Positions 1 to 13,002 of a DNA stretch of 64,000 nt are shown here, piece by piece (the first letter of the stretch is position 1; each line of letters starts with the position of its first letter). The stretch comes from Eledone cirrhosa (lineage: Eukaryota), in NCBI GenBank assembly GCA_964016885.1, contig OZ024760.1:8122001-8186000 (forward strand), read 5' to 3'. A model generated the notes under the pieces. The model made no database searches. It worked only from the letters and a program-made list of their open reading frames with translations, and had not been told where the DNA came from. Position numbers and translations under genes: made by a program.

Positions 1-680
1 ACCATTATCGCCACCACCACCACCACCATTATCGCCACCACCACCACCACCATTATCGCCACCACCACCACCACCATTATTATCACCACCACCACCACCA
101 CCATTATTATCACCACCACCACCACCACCATTATCCCCACCACCACCACCACCACGACCATCCTCACCACCATCACGACCATTATCACCACCATTATCAC
201 CACCACCACCACCATTATCACCACCACCACCATTATTATCACCACCACCACCACCACCATTATCCCCACCACCACCACCATTATCCCCACCACCACCACC
301 ATTATCCCCACCACCACCACCACCACCATTATCACCACCACCACCACCACCACCACCATTATCACCACCACCACCACCACCATTATCCCCACCACCACCA
401 CCACCATTATCACCACCACCACCATTATCACCACCACCATTATCACCACCACCACAACCATTATCCCCACCACCACCACCACCACCATTATCACCACCAC
501 CACCACCACCATTATCCCCACCACCACCACCACCACCATTATCACCACCACCACCACCACCACCATTATCACCACCACCACCACCACCACCATTATCACC
601 ACCACCACCACCACCATTATTATCACCACCACCACCACCACCATTATCCCCACCGCCACCACCACCACCACCACCACCAC
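1..680. repeat. (CAC/CAT/TAT) trinucleotide compound microsatellite
   Basis: Frame-preserving ACC/ATT/ATC units. Confidence 0.95.
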
Positions 681-875
681 CTCCTACATGTGCCGTGTCC
701 GGGCGTATTTGCCTTGGCTCTCCCACTCTGTTCTGTATTTTAGTTTTCACAACTTTTATAATTTAATGAAAAATAAATCTAATTGTTGCCGGATTATTTG
801 CAAACGACGGACTTGAGAAATTTTTTGGACGTCTGCCCCATTTCCTCCGGATAGATAGATATGTATTCAATTTAG

Positions 876-878
<3 letters not shown>

Positions 879-920
<42 letters not shown>

Positions 921-1438
921 TATATATATATACATACATATATCTATATATATATGTCTATATATGCGTGTATATATATATATATATATGTCTATATATG
1001 TATATATATATAGATGTCTATATATGTGTATGTATATATATATATATATGTCTATATATGTGTATGTATATATATATATATAGATGTCTATATATGTGTG
1101 TGTGTGTGTGTGCATATATATATATATGCATATATATGAGTGTGTATATATATATATATATATGCATATATATGAGTGTGTATATATATATATATATATG
1201 CATATATATGAGTGTGTATATATATATATATATATGCATATATATATGTATGTATATATATATATATATATGCATATATATATGTATGTATATATATATA
1301 TATGCATATATATATGTATGTATATATATATATATGCATATATATATGTGTGTGTATATATGTATATATATATGTATGTATATATATATATATATGCATA
1401 TATATATGTATGTATATATATACATATATATATATATG

Positions 1439-1482
<44 letters not shown>

Positions 1483-1494
1483 TATATATATATG

Positions 1495-1530
<36 letters not shown>

Positions 1531-1546
1531 TATATATATATGCACA

Positions 1547-1577
<31 letters not shown>

Positions 1578-1582
1578 GCATA

Positions 1583-1672
<90 letters not shown>

Positions 1673-1792
1673 TATATATATATATGTATGTGTATATATA
1701 TATACATATATATATACATATATGTATGTATATATGAATGTGTATATATATATACATATATGTATGTATATATGTATGTGTGTGTATATGTA

Positions 1793-1857
<65 letters not shown>

Positions 1858-1858
1858 A
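879..1858. repeat. (TA)n/(TG)n compound microsatellite
   Basis: Direct inspection; similar tracts at 3985-4485, 19430-19870, 49640-50030, 63050-63980. Confidence 0.95.
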
Positions 1859-2041
1859 ATAAAGAAGGTTTATTTATTACTAATTAAAGATGGATTCTTC
1901 CTCTGTCCCTCTGGTGTGGGAGGCTACAACCACCAACGAAGAAGCAAGCGCCAATCACACCCCCAAGATAAACACTTAGAATTAGTATTAGAAACGAAGA
2001 AAAAGTGAAAAATGAACACCATTAAACGCAGACAGTCAATA

Positions 2042-2724
2042 CAATGGAACCTCGGCTCACGAACAAATCGGTTCACGAACAATTTTTCCGAACATAAAAC
2101 GACTCGATTAACGAACAGTGTCTCGAATTATCGTATCGAATGATCGCTCCTTACCCTATCCCGCCCCCGCTTATTAATTTTTCATATTTGTTCCATCACG
2201 CCATTGCTCTTATTCACCCCCCGCGCCCCCCTACTTATTAAATTTTGTTAATATATCTCTGGCGAAATGGTAGCATTCTTGTAACAATTAATTTTCTTTA
2301 GACATTAAAAAACATTATACATGACGAAAAAAGGACATTACAAAAAATCCCATATTTTATAAAAAATAAATAGAATGTGTAGGAATATCAATATGTAAAC
2401 TAAACGACTAATTCTGGTTTTTAAAAAAAACCAAGAGAGACAACCTAGAAAAATGAGCGATTTTCCAACCCTCCGTTATTTAGAACCCGAGAGTAACGAA
2501 TACGCAAGTCGGGCACAACGGTTGATGACAAGCTTGGAGTATCGGCGAGAAAGCATCATTTGCTGTGTAGTTAGTTACTATGGTGATATATATCTGTCTT
2601 TCACACACAGCCTCCCACCCCCTCTCTACTTCGTATGGTAAAAACAGTTTCGGTTTACGAATAATTCGGGTGACGAACGACCTTCAGGAACGAATTATTC
2701 AATTCATAAACCGAAGTTCCACTG
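2042..2724. mobile_element. Tc1/mariner (pogo/Tigger-like) MITE with a nested MITE fragment
   Basis: TA|CAATGGAACCTCGG ... CCGAAGTTCCACTG|TA; the internal segment about 2150-2494 is homologous to 7880-8290. Confidence 0.7.
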
Positions 2725-3121
2725 TATATTGAGAAACTAACAAAGAGCATCTGTATTAAGTTGATCCTTTCAATTTCCTCAAAGTTCTCCAGGATTATTG
2801 TTCCAAGTCATGAAAAGCCAGTTACAAACAATGGTTTCTGATTTAGGAACAAGGTCAACAATTCTTTTTTTTTAGGGGGAGGCGCCGGTTAAATCAACCA
2901 AAGGATGCTACATAATTCCTGGACTAGGTTGTGTGTTGTGTTCTTGAGCAAAACACTTCATTTCACGTGCTCCAGTATACTCAGTTGAAAATGAGTACCA
3001 GTAATAGCTGAGGGTTTAACACTGCGATGGACTGATGTCATGTCGGGGAGGAAGTCGTGTACTCTCAGTCGCTTCATGTCATGGAAACTGGGATAAGCTA
3101 CAGCTTGATGAATCTCTGGCC

Positions 3122-3655
3122 TTGAGACAGACTTTAACCCCGCGATGGACTGGTGCCCTGTCCAGGAGAAGTATTGTACTCTCATCAGGCCTGATGACTC
3201 TCTGGGCTCATGACAGACTTTAACCCCGCGATGGACTGGTGTCCTGTCCAGGAGAAGTATTGTACTCTCATCAGGCCTGATGACTCTCTAGGCTCATGAC
3301 AGACTTTCACCCCGCGATGGACTGGTGTCCTGTCCAGGAGAAGTATTGTACTCTCATCAGGCCTGATGACTCTCTGGGCTCATGACAGACTTTCACCCCG
3401 CGATGGACTGGTGTCCTGTCCAGGGGAAGTATTGTACTCTCATCATACCTGATGACTCTCTGGGCTCATGACAGACTTTCACCCCGCGATGGACTGGTGT
3501 CCTGTCCAGGGGAAGTATTGTACTCTCATCATACCTGATGACTCTCTGGGCTCATGACAGACTTTCACCCCGCGATGGACTGGTGTCCTGTCCAGGAGAA
3601 GTATTGTACTCTCATCATTCCTGATGAGTCTCTGGGCTTGAGACCGACTTTAGAC
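3122..3655 (+). repeat. 86-bp tandem repeat, 6 copies, derived from the V-SINE 3' half
   Basis: CCCCGCGATGG recurs at 3138, 3224, 3310, 3396, 3482, 3568. Confidence 0.9.
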
Positions 3656-3994
3656 TTTTAGAAAGACAAAATGCCATAATTCGCCACTGAGGGTCGAACC
3701 CACGCCCTTTCATTGTGAGCTGAATACCTTTAAGCACCAAACCAGGCATATTCACAATACAAACCAAACGAGACTTTAGACTTTATCTTTTTTTCTTTTG
3801 TTTATATGAGTTTGATGAGTGGAAGTAGGGGTGGGGTATGTGGGGGTGTTAGGGGCGGGGTATGTGGGGGTGTTAGGGGCGGGGTATGTGGGGGTGTAAG
3901 TGGTGGGAGTAGAACTGATAAATCAGCATTTTTACGTAGTTGTCGACTCCCATGATAGAGAGAGGATGTAGACGCGGTGATTACTATATATATC

Positions 3995-4105
<111 letters not shown>

Positions 4106-4397
4106 ATATAGATAGAGAGAATATATGTATGTATATACATATATATATATACATGTATGTATGTTTATAGATATATGCATGTATGTATGTTTATATATAT
4201 ATATATATGTTTATATATATATATATATGTTTATATATATATATATATATATGTTTATATATATATATATATATGTTTATATATATATATATAAACATAT
4301 ATATATATTTATATATATGTTTATATATATATATATATGTTTATATATATGTTTATATATATATATATATGTTTATATATATATATATATATATGTT

Positions 4398-4480
<83 letters not shown>

Positions 4481-4597
4481 GTGCGTTCTCATCAGATCGG
4501 TGAAGAATCAGTAAAGAACTGTTTGTCTTTCTAAACTTCCATTATTATCTTTGGACTGTCTTCCTCCAATCCAAACATGGCAACCCTGTCAGACGTG

Positions 4598-4717
4598 CTA
4601 GATATGGCTATCTATTGTATAAATCTCGTCTGATAATGTCTTCAGCGTCTCTTCACATTCTAACACTGGAAATTCCTGCAATAACGTCCACACTGATTTA
4701 GGCTCCGTTCCAACTTC
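4598..4717 (-). CDS. Putative terminal exon of the secreted TSP1-like gene (EVGTEPKSVWTLLQEFPVLECEETLKTLSDEIYTIDSHI*)
   Basis: Unique island, CAG acceptor phase 0 (alternative in-frame TTGCAG acceptor giving an exon start at 4675), TAG stop at 4600-4598. Confidence 0.45.
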   Translation of the reverse strand, partial: EVGTEPKSVWTLLQEFPVLECEETLKTLSDEIYTIDSHI

Positions 4718-4720
4718 CTG

Positions 4721-6111
4721 GTGGGTGTGGGGGTAGTGGGGGTGGCAGTGGGGGTGCTAGTGGTGGTGCTAGTGGGAGTGGTGGTGGAGGTGGCAGTGGT
4801 GGTGCAGTGGGGGTGCTAGTGGGAGTGGTGGTTGTGGTGGTTGGGGTGGTGGTTGTGGTGGTTGGGGGTGGTGGAGTGATGCTAGTGGTGGTGCTAGTGG
4901 GAGTGGTGGTGCAGTGGTGGTTGTGGTGTTTGGGGTGGTGGAGTGATGGTAGTGATGATGCTAGTGGTGGTGGTGGTGGTAGGGCTAGTGGTGGTGCTAG
5001 TGGGAGTGGTGGTTGTGGTGGTTGTGGTGGTTGGGGTGGTGGAGTGATGGTAGTGATGATGCTAGTGGTGGTGGTGGTGGTAGGGCTAGTGGTGGTGCTA
5101 GTGGGAGTGGTGGTTGTGGTGGTTGTGGTGCTTGGGGTGGTGGAGTGATGGTAGTGATGGTGCTAGTGGTGGTGGTGGTAGTGCTAGTGGTGGTGCTAGT
5201 GGGAGTGGTGGTGCAGTGGTGGTTGGGGTGGTGGAGTGATGGTAGTGATGGTGCTAGTGGTGGTGGTAGTGCTAGTGGTGGTGCTAGTGGGAGTGGTGGT
5301 GCAGTGGTGGTTGTGGTGGTTGGGGTGGTGGTAGTGATGGTAGTGGTGGTGTTAGTGGTGGTGGATGTGGTGGTAGTGGGTAGTGGTAGTGGTGGTAGTG
5401 ATGGTTGGAGTGGTTGGGATTGAGGGTGTAGTTGTAGTGGAGGTGGTAGTGGGGGTGTGGGGGATAGGTGGTAGTAGTGGTGGTAGTTGAGGTGGTGAGG
5501 TGGTTCTAGTTATAGTGGTAGTAATGGTGGAGTGGTAGTAGTTGTGGTGCTAGTAGTAGTGGTAGTGGTGGTTATGGTGGTGGGGTTGTTTTAGGTATAG
5601 TGGTAGTAGTGGTGGTGGTGGTGGTAGTATTGGTGGTGGTTTGTGGTAGTATTGGTGGTGGTGATGACGGTGGAGTGGTGGTGGTTGTGGTGCTAGTAGT
5701 GGTGGTGGTGGTGGTTATGGTGGTGGGGGTGTTTTAGGTATAGTGGTAGTAGTAGTGGTGGTGGTAGTATCGGTGGTGGTGATGGCGGTGAAGTGGTGAT
5801 GGTTGTGGTGCTAGTAGTAGTGGTGGTGGTGGTTATGGTGGTGGGGTGTTCTAGTTATATTGATAGTAGTGGTGGTGGTGTTAGTGGTAGTGCTAGTAGT
5901 AGGTGTTGTGGTGGTGGTGGTGGTAATGGTGACTGCGGTGGCGGTACTGATAGTGGTTGTGTTGGTGGCGGTTGTAGTAGTTGGGGTTGTGGTGGTGGTA
6001 GTCTTGGTAGTAATAGTAGTAATTATAATAATGCTAGTCGTTGTTGTAGTAGTGGTAGGAGTAGTAGTAGCAGCAGCAGTGGTAGTAGTAGTAGTATTAG
6101 CAGCAGCAGCC

Positions 6112-6142
<31 letters not shown>

Positions 6143-6172
6143 CAGCATTAGCAGTGGTGGTAATAGTAGTAA
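4721..6172. repeat. (GTG/GTA)n low-complexity tract
   Basis: Direct inspection; a second such tract at 15728-16580. Confidence 0.95.
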
Positions 6173-6194
6173 AATTATGCAATTGAGAATACAC

Positions 6195-6280
6195 CTCGCT
6201 GAGGAAATAGCTCCGTGTTGTGGAGTGGCTGATGTAGCGGGTGTCGCTGGCTGTGATATACCCTTCCCTCCCGCCTTTCC
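6195..6280 (-). CDS. Putative exon 2 of the secreted TSP1-like gene (GKGGREGYITASDTRYISHSTTRSYFLSE)
   Basis: Unique island between repeats; TAG acceptor phase 1 matches exon 1; GAG|GTGTAT donor phase 0. Confidence 0.45.
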
Positions 6281-6912
6281 CTAACATATGTTATATGCAA
6301 ATATTATAAAATGGAACCGAAAGTTATTTAAAATAAAACAGTAAAAAAAAAATAAAAAAATCTTCTCAAGGGAGACAACTTTACTAAACAAGGGAGATAA
6401 TTCTCACTGATAAAACGTAATCTGCCTCACGGGCTTATGTACAATTGTTTCCACTTTGGGCTCAAAGGCAGCAATTTGAATGGAGAGAGGGAAGGGAGTC
6501 GATTAAATCGACCTCAGCGCATTACTAGTACTTTATTTTATCGACCCCCCCCCCCCCCTCCTCAGAGGAATGAAAGGCAAAGCTAACTTCGGCAGGAATT
6601 TAACCCAGATCATAAAGGGACGTAACTATATATCGCAAAGCATGTCCAACGTCCTACCGATACTGCCAAAATAATAATGGTTTCCGATTTAGGCACAAAG
6701 CCAACAATTTGGGGTGAGGAGAGGAAAATTGATTAAATCTACCCCAGTGCATTACTGGTACTTTATTTTACTCCCTCCATCCTTCCCGTAAGGATGAAAG
6801 ACAAAGTTAACCACGACGGAATTTTAACTCAGAACGTAAATGGCCATAACTTAATGGCAAAAAGTATGTTGTCCGACGCTCTACTGAATCTGCCACGAAT
6901 ATTTAGTTAAAT

Positions 6913-7100
6913 AATTGTTTCTACTTTAGGCACAGGGCCAGCAATTACCCAGTGCATTACTGGTACTTTATTTTATCGACCCCGTAAGGATGAAAGGCAA
7001 AGTCAACCTCGGCGGGATTTGAACTCAGATCGTAAAGGGACGTAACTATGCTGGAAAGCATGGCGTCCGACCCTCTACCGATACTGCCAATCCACCGCCC
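6913..7100 (-). mobile_element. About 190-bp tRNA-derived SINE (central domain resembling MetaSINE); very high copy
   Basis: GGGCGGTGGATTGGCAG...GAGTTCAAATCCC...GACTTTGCCTTTCATCCTTACGGGGTCGATAAAATAAAGTACCAG; nearly identical copy at 48525-48710; clusters at about 6440-7350, 13690-14335, 15388-15710, 17783-17975, 32420-33390, 51630-52290, 59900-60560. Confidence 0.85.
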
Positions 7101-7853
7101 TTATTTAGTCAAATAATATGCTTTGCGCTATTTCGTCCCGACTTTCTGTGCTCTGAGTTCAAATTTCGCCGAGGTCAACTTTGCTTTTCATTTTTTTTTT
7201 TTTTTTTCTGGAGATTGATAAAAAAAAAAGTACCAGCAAAATACTGACGTTGATTCAATCGACTCTTCCACCCCCCAACCCCCCATCACCACCACACACA
7301 CCCATAAAAAAATAAATACTGACTTTGTACTTGAGTTAGAAACAATTATTAATCGTGTGCAATATTTTACCATCTATAGCAGAGGTCCTCGAACTTTCTG
7401 GTCCACCGCCATCACCCCTCTCACGGCCACGTAATACCCTCAATTCTCAACTGTAGTAATGACATTATATTTCTAGTAGTGGAGGTTCGTGACCTAGTCG
7501 TAGGTTCGATTCCTGGGCTGGGTTCTGCGTTGTGTTCTTGAGCAAAACACTTCATTTCACGTTGCTCCAGTATCTCATCTGAAAATGAGTACCAGCAAAA
7601 GCTGGGGATTTAACCCCGTGATGGACTGGCGTCCTGTCCAGGGGAGAGTTTTGTACTATCAGTCGCTTCATGCCATGTAACCGGGATAAGCACCGGCCTA
7701 ACGAGCCTTAAATGGCTTAAGACAGACTTTAGATTTTTAGAGTTAGAATAAAATCTATCACATTTTTAAAAGTATTAAATAAAAGAGGCGAGACAATTTA
7801 AATCAGTAAAAAAAAAATCACACAAAAACGAAATTTAAATATGAAATTCAAAG

Positions 7854-8290
7854 TATTCTCGGGTTTGGAATAATCGTTCACCCACCACCCTCCGCGTATT
7901 CATTTTTCAGACCCCTTCCCCTATCCTTATTAGATTTTCATATTTTTTCCAATCCCCCTCCCCTGCGTATTAATTTTTTAGATTTTTTTCCAACCTCCCT
8001 GCTTATTAAATTTTTCTAATCTATCTCCGGGGAAATTATTTTAAGTAGTAGCATTCCTGCGACAATTAATTTCTTTTAGACATTAAAAAAACATTATACA
8101 TGACAAAAGAAAGTACATTACTAGAAATCACATGTTATAAAATAAATAGGATGGGTTGGGGCTCAATATGTAAACTAAACAGCTAATTCTGTTTTGTTTT
8201 TTTAAATCAACATCGACAACCTAGAAAAATTAATGATTTTCCAAACCCCGTTTATTCAACCCCCACCCTATTATTTGGGACCTAAGAGTA
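7854..8290. mobile_element. TA-flanked MITE
   Basis: Imperfect TIRs TATTCTCGGGTTTGGAATAAT / ATTATTTGGGACCTAAGAGTA; partial second copy inside 2042-2724. Confidence 0.55.
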
Positions 8291-8312
8291 GAAAATGAAA
8301 CAATTTCCTTAC

Positions 8313-8529
8313 CAGGAGTTGTCTTGGCTTGGATTAAGAAGGGACATTGTTCTCCTCCTAAATCTGCTCTTCTTTCAATCTTCCTTCTCCGAACTAAAAA
8401 GATTTCATCGTAACGTTTCCATTCGTTCCACTCACCAACACGACATGGCTTCGGTTCGGGGACTCCGCCAGTTAAAGCTGCCAACGCAAGCAGTATGTTC
8501 ACCAGACATATCAGAAATTGAGGAATCAT
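8313..8529 (-). CDS. Exon 1 of a putative secreted protein: signal peptide plus reduced spondin-type TSP1 module
   Basis: MIPQFLICLVNILLALAALTGG hydrophobic leader, then C-R-V-G-E-W-N-E-W...RRRKI...GGEQCPFL; donor G|GTAAG at 8312. Confidence 0.7.
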
Positions 8530-8874
8530 TTCGTTGGTTGGTCTATTTTTAAATCCGTTGTTGTTAGAACTGAAGTGTAGCTATGAACCGACAGAATTAA
8601 CCTGTTGATGTTTCAACGAAATTTGTATCTTGGCTTTACAATATTGCAACAGAAAATATTACAATTTCGTGTCCGGGCTTTGCGATGTTTAACAGAAAAT
8701 ATTACAATAATGTATCCTGGCTTTATAATATTTCAACAGAAAATATTACAAGTTGTATCCCGGCTTTATGATGTTCCAACAGAAAATATTACAAGTTCGC
8801 GTCCTGGCTTTTCGATATTTTAATAGTTCAGAGTAAATCAAGCAGATTGTGATACTTTCCTTCATCAATTTAGA

Positions 8875-9120
8875 GCAGGCAACAACCCAGAGTAAACAAC
8901 CCAGGGTTGGTTAGAGTAGGCAACAGCTGAGAGCAAAAAATCCAGGGCTGGTTAGTGTCAGTAACAGCCGAGAGCAAACAACCCAGGGTTGGTTAGAGTA
9001 GGCAACAGCTGAGAGCAAAAAATCCAGGGCTGGTTAGTGTCAGTAACAGCCGAGAGCAAACAACCCAGGGTTGGTTAGAGTAGGCAACAACCCAGGGCTG
9101 GTAAGAGTAGGCAACAACCC
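8875..9120 (+). repeat. About 41/82-bp tandem repeat
   Basis: CCAGGG(T/C)TGGTTAG units; a separate about 44-bp AACAGAAAATATTACAA repeat lies at 8620-8820. Confidence 0.8.
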
Positions 9121-10769
9121 AGCCCAGAGCTGGAACAACAAACTGGCAGGTAGAAGTGGTAAACGATTTGTAAATTTGTAAAAAGAAAAGCTGAATATTT
9201 GAGTGTCAAGATAATAGTTTTGATGATTTTGGTGCCGGGTTCGAATCCCTCTCTTGTACATTAGAATAGATATTAGAAAAATGTTAAATGTTTCAACTTT
9301 TGATTATAAACTACAAAATTTCAAAAATCTGAAATTATCGGGAGTTGGCTGGGGCAGTCAATGTTCAGTTGTACGTTGAAGTATAAGAGAAGAGTAGCTT
9401 ATCTTTAGATTGGGGCCTAGAAAACACGAGGGGGTCGTGTCCATTGGAGCAACAGCAACAACAGAAAAGACACAGAACACACTTCTTCTTCTCCGCCCTC
9501 TCCTTCTAGTCTATTGTATATTGATCTTCAAAAAGTATTTTCAATAATATTTTTTTCTTTTTTTTTTTTTTGGTGTAATCCCCAAACTCCGGCTGGGTGC
9601 TCCCTGCGTTCGTTACAGCAATAATATAAATTACTAAATACAACAGAAAGATTCCCTGGAAAAATGTTTTAGTGTCTATTTAATATTGCTTCTTCTTCTT
9701 CAAGTTTATCTCATCCTTCCTATCTTTACTTCTCTCTCTTCCTCTCTCTACCTTCCTACTGTCTCTCTTTCTCTCTCTTCTATTTTCCTACTCTCTCTTT
9801 CTCTCTTCCCACCTCTCTCTCTCTCTCTCTCTCGTTTTCCTACCCCCCTCTCTCTATATATAATCAAATATTTAATGAATCTAACCCCTGTAATATTCAG
9901 CCAATAACACAGACTTTATTCCGCCTCATTACTGCCCCCTCCTCTCTCGCTCTCTTGCACACCACACCTCTCTCTCCCTTGCACTTACTCTCTCTCTCTC
10001 TCTTCCACACATCCTCACCCCCCTCACTCACTCTTGCATCCCATCCCACCCTCTCTCTCACCCTATACCCCCACCCCAGAGAAACTACCGGGGGGACAGC
10101 CTACACAAAAGTGCAGTCCTACAAATAGTTCCCACTACAACTGCACCACTGCAAATCATTTCAACCTAAAAACTAAATTTCTATCATTTCAGCATTTTTC
10201 ATACTTCCCTTTCCTTTCTCTCCCCTCTTCTTTCTTTCCTTCCTTCTGTCGTTCTTCCTTTCTTTCTTTCTTTCCTTCCTTCTGTCGTTCTTCCTTTCTT
10301 TCTTTCCATGTTTCTTTTCTTTATTACTCCCACCGACCTCCACTTTCCCTTTCTTCTACATCATCAAAACCCCTTCGTTTTTTTTTTCTTCATTATTTTT
10401 TTTACTTCCCCCTCTATTCCTCCTTTCTCTTTTGCACCTCCATTTCTTCATCATCATCATCATTCTCATCACCATCCTCCATGTTATATATCTAAACAAC
10501 CCCACCGTTAGCTACACTATAACGACATATATAATCTGTCGTCTGCTCCCTCACAATAAATGACGCCATCTTTATCGTCTGCTCACTCAACTTTCTATAA
10601 CCTACAACATCAATGACAGATAACGTCTTCCTACTTTATTATACAACTCCTTTATTTTTCTTATTTTATTTTATTTTTAAGTATTCTCTCTTCCCTTTTC
10701 TCTCTATTTCGCCTTCAGATGATATCCCCAACCTAATTTTAACGGATTTTGTTTTCCTATATATATATA

Positions 10770-10855
<86 letters not shown>

Positions 10856-11915
10856 TGTATGTGTGTGTGTTTGTAATAAATAAAACACTATATATATATA
10901 TCGTTGGATTCTCTCGCCTTCCTCTGTCATTTTTTCTCTTGCGTGTTTCCCAACATGTAATTCTTGCTTTATGTGTGTATGTCTGTATACATACATACAT
11001 GTGTAGGTTTTAATCAACCAACGAAGGTATGTATATACACATACATGCATGCGAGTGTTTATATATATATATACATATATATATACACACACACACACAC
11101 ATATACAATGTATATTGAAGAGAATGAGTGTGTTAGTGTTTTTGTTTTTACATATGTTCATCTTCAACATACATGTTGCACGTGTACAAATATATATACA
11201 AATGTAGGCAGTCGGTGAACAAATCGTGTGGTGTTGTATTGGTCGTAGGTATGGATGGGGGTAAGAAGCTCGCTTCACAATCCTGAGATGGAGACTTCAA
11301 TCATACTGCTGTGTATCTTGGGCAAGTATCTTTAACGTACAAGGCTGAACTGAAATGTTCATATGCTGACTATGAAAGAGTGATGCTAAAGCTGGGAAAT
11401 CTTGCATGCATTAATTTCAACTGTTCTTATTAATAACTGCTTTGTTTCTTTCCAGCGAGTATGTTGAAAAATAAACCTCATTTGGTCATTCCATGAGAGT
11501 ATCTTGGTCATAGGCTGACTATGAAGGAGTAACGCTTGTGCTGTGAAATCTTGCATGCATTAATTTCAACTCTTCTTATTAATAACTACATTGTTTCTTT
11601 CCAGTAACTATGTTGAAAAATATACTTCATTTGGTCATTCTATGAGAGTATCTTGGCCAGCCTATCGACGAAAGCTTGCCTTCGCCATCTACGTGATATT
11701 TGATAGACAGAGACTATATAGAAGCCCGTCAGATGGATTGTACATGTAATTAAAAGATCCAACCTTGTCACATATTGTTTTATTTTGTTTTTTGTTATTT
11801 TAATGCCACTTCGGTTTGGGGATTGCGTTAAGAGTACACGTGTAAGTGAAATACACAGCCATTTACACTACAGTTGTAACTCAAGAGATTTCCAGGGGAT
11901 TTTAATGATAAGAAT

Positions 11916-12197
11916 GGAGGCACGTGACCTAGTGGTAAGGGTGTTGGACTTACGATCATAATGTCCTGGGTTCGATTCCTGGGTTGCGCGTTGTGTTCTT
12001 GAGCAAAACACTTCATTTTACGTTGCTCCAGTATACTCAGCTGAAAATGAGTACCAGCAATAGCTGGGGGGTTAACCCTGCGATGGACTAGCGTCCTATC
12101 CAGAGGGAAGTCTTGTACTCTCAGTCGCTTCATGCGATGAAACCGGGCTAAGCACCGACCAAATGAGCCTTCTGGCTTAAGACAGACTTTAGATTTA
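11916..12197 (+). mobile_element. tRNA-derived SINE with V-SINE-like domain
   Basis: A/B boxes (TGACCTAGTGG, GGTTCGATTCC), AACCCTGCGATGGACTAGCGTCC...GTCGCTTCATGC..GAAACCGGG domain, AGACTTT tail; copies at about 2910-3135 and 7480-7735. Confidence 0.75.
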
Positions 12198-12439
12198 ATA
12201 ATAAGAGTCCCAGTCCTGTGAAATTCACAGCCATTTACACTACAGTTGTAGCTCATATGAGATTTCTAGGGTTTTTTAATCATAGGGGCCCCAGTCCTAC
12301 TATGAAAAACATGAAATAAAGAGTCTTGCTCAAAAACACAGCGCACCGCTCGCTCCAGGAAGATCACCCAAACATACCAGTCTTCCCTCTCCACGATACC
12401 GATGTTGAGTTGAGGCCGATACAGTTTGGTAGCAATGAC

Positions 12440-12500
<61 letters not shown>

Positions 12501-13002
12501 GAGAATTAGAGGGGCCTATACCAGCACTGAGCTTTCTTTATCGACTTAGATCGGATGAAAAACACGTTGGACCTCATCGGGGTTTGAACACAGAACACCA
12601 GAACAAAATATCCCCCAAAAACTTCTCTAACAATTCTACCAAAATATACCGTCTGTTGGTTTGATAACTGTTACGAAATTCACAAGACACCTGCGCAGCT
12701 TGAAACATCATGGCTTTCAGTATAACCGAAATATTTAGGTTGAGAAACATGTCTAAAGCCCTGCTGTGTGAACTAAGACACATGTTTTAAAACATGGTGG
12801 GTGAGTTCCTTTTTAATTTGACATGGTGACATGATGAAACGACTGTCTCTCTCTCTCTCTCTCTCTCTTAGCCGTTCCGTATTGCACATCCTGGGGTAGA
12901 TCTACCCGTCTCTTTATAGCTACACTCAGACTACATTATATGACTAAGCTCTTTGTGTGTGTGTGTGTCTTCATTATACAGATATGTGTATACATATATT
13001 GT

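Noticed and set aside
683-732. Possible minus-strand exon TEWESQGKYARTRH extending the TSP1-like gene
   Set aside because: The acceptor lacks a pyrimidine tract and the upstream model already has a stop at 4598.
867-2008. Long YI/IY/CV-rich ORFs (also 3932-4534, 19328-19936, 49670-50013, 63179-63998)
   Set aside because: Translations of (TA)n/(TG)n microsatellites that lack stops by composition.
3122-3655. CTGATGA in each 86-bp unit as a hammerhead core or snoRNA box
   Set aside because: No correctly placed GAAA with pairing stems II and III; the motif comes from the SINE tail.
4807-6186. Val/Gly/Ser-rich ORFs (also 15733-16695, 34195-34534)
   Set aside because: Trinucleotide low-complexity DNA open in several frames, with no splice or domain support.
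11916-11985. tRNA genes at SINE heads
   Set aside because: A/B boxes are present but continue into SINE bodies with no complete cloverleaf.
12661-12810. Unique segment ending in a GG|GTGAGT donor-like site
   Set aside because: No convincing ORF or partner exon found; could be a non-coding exon but is unsupported.
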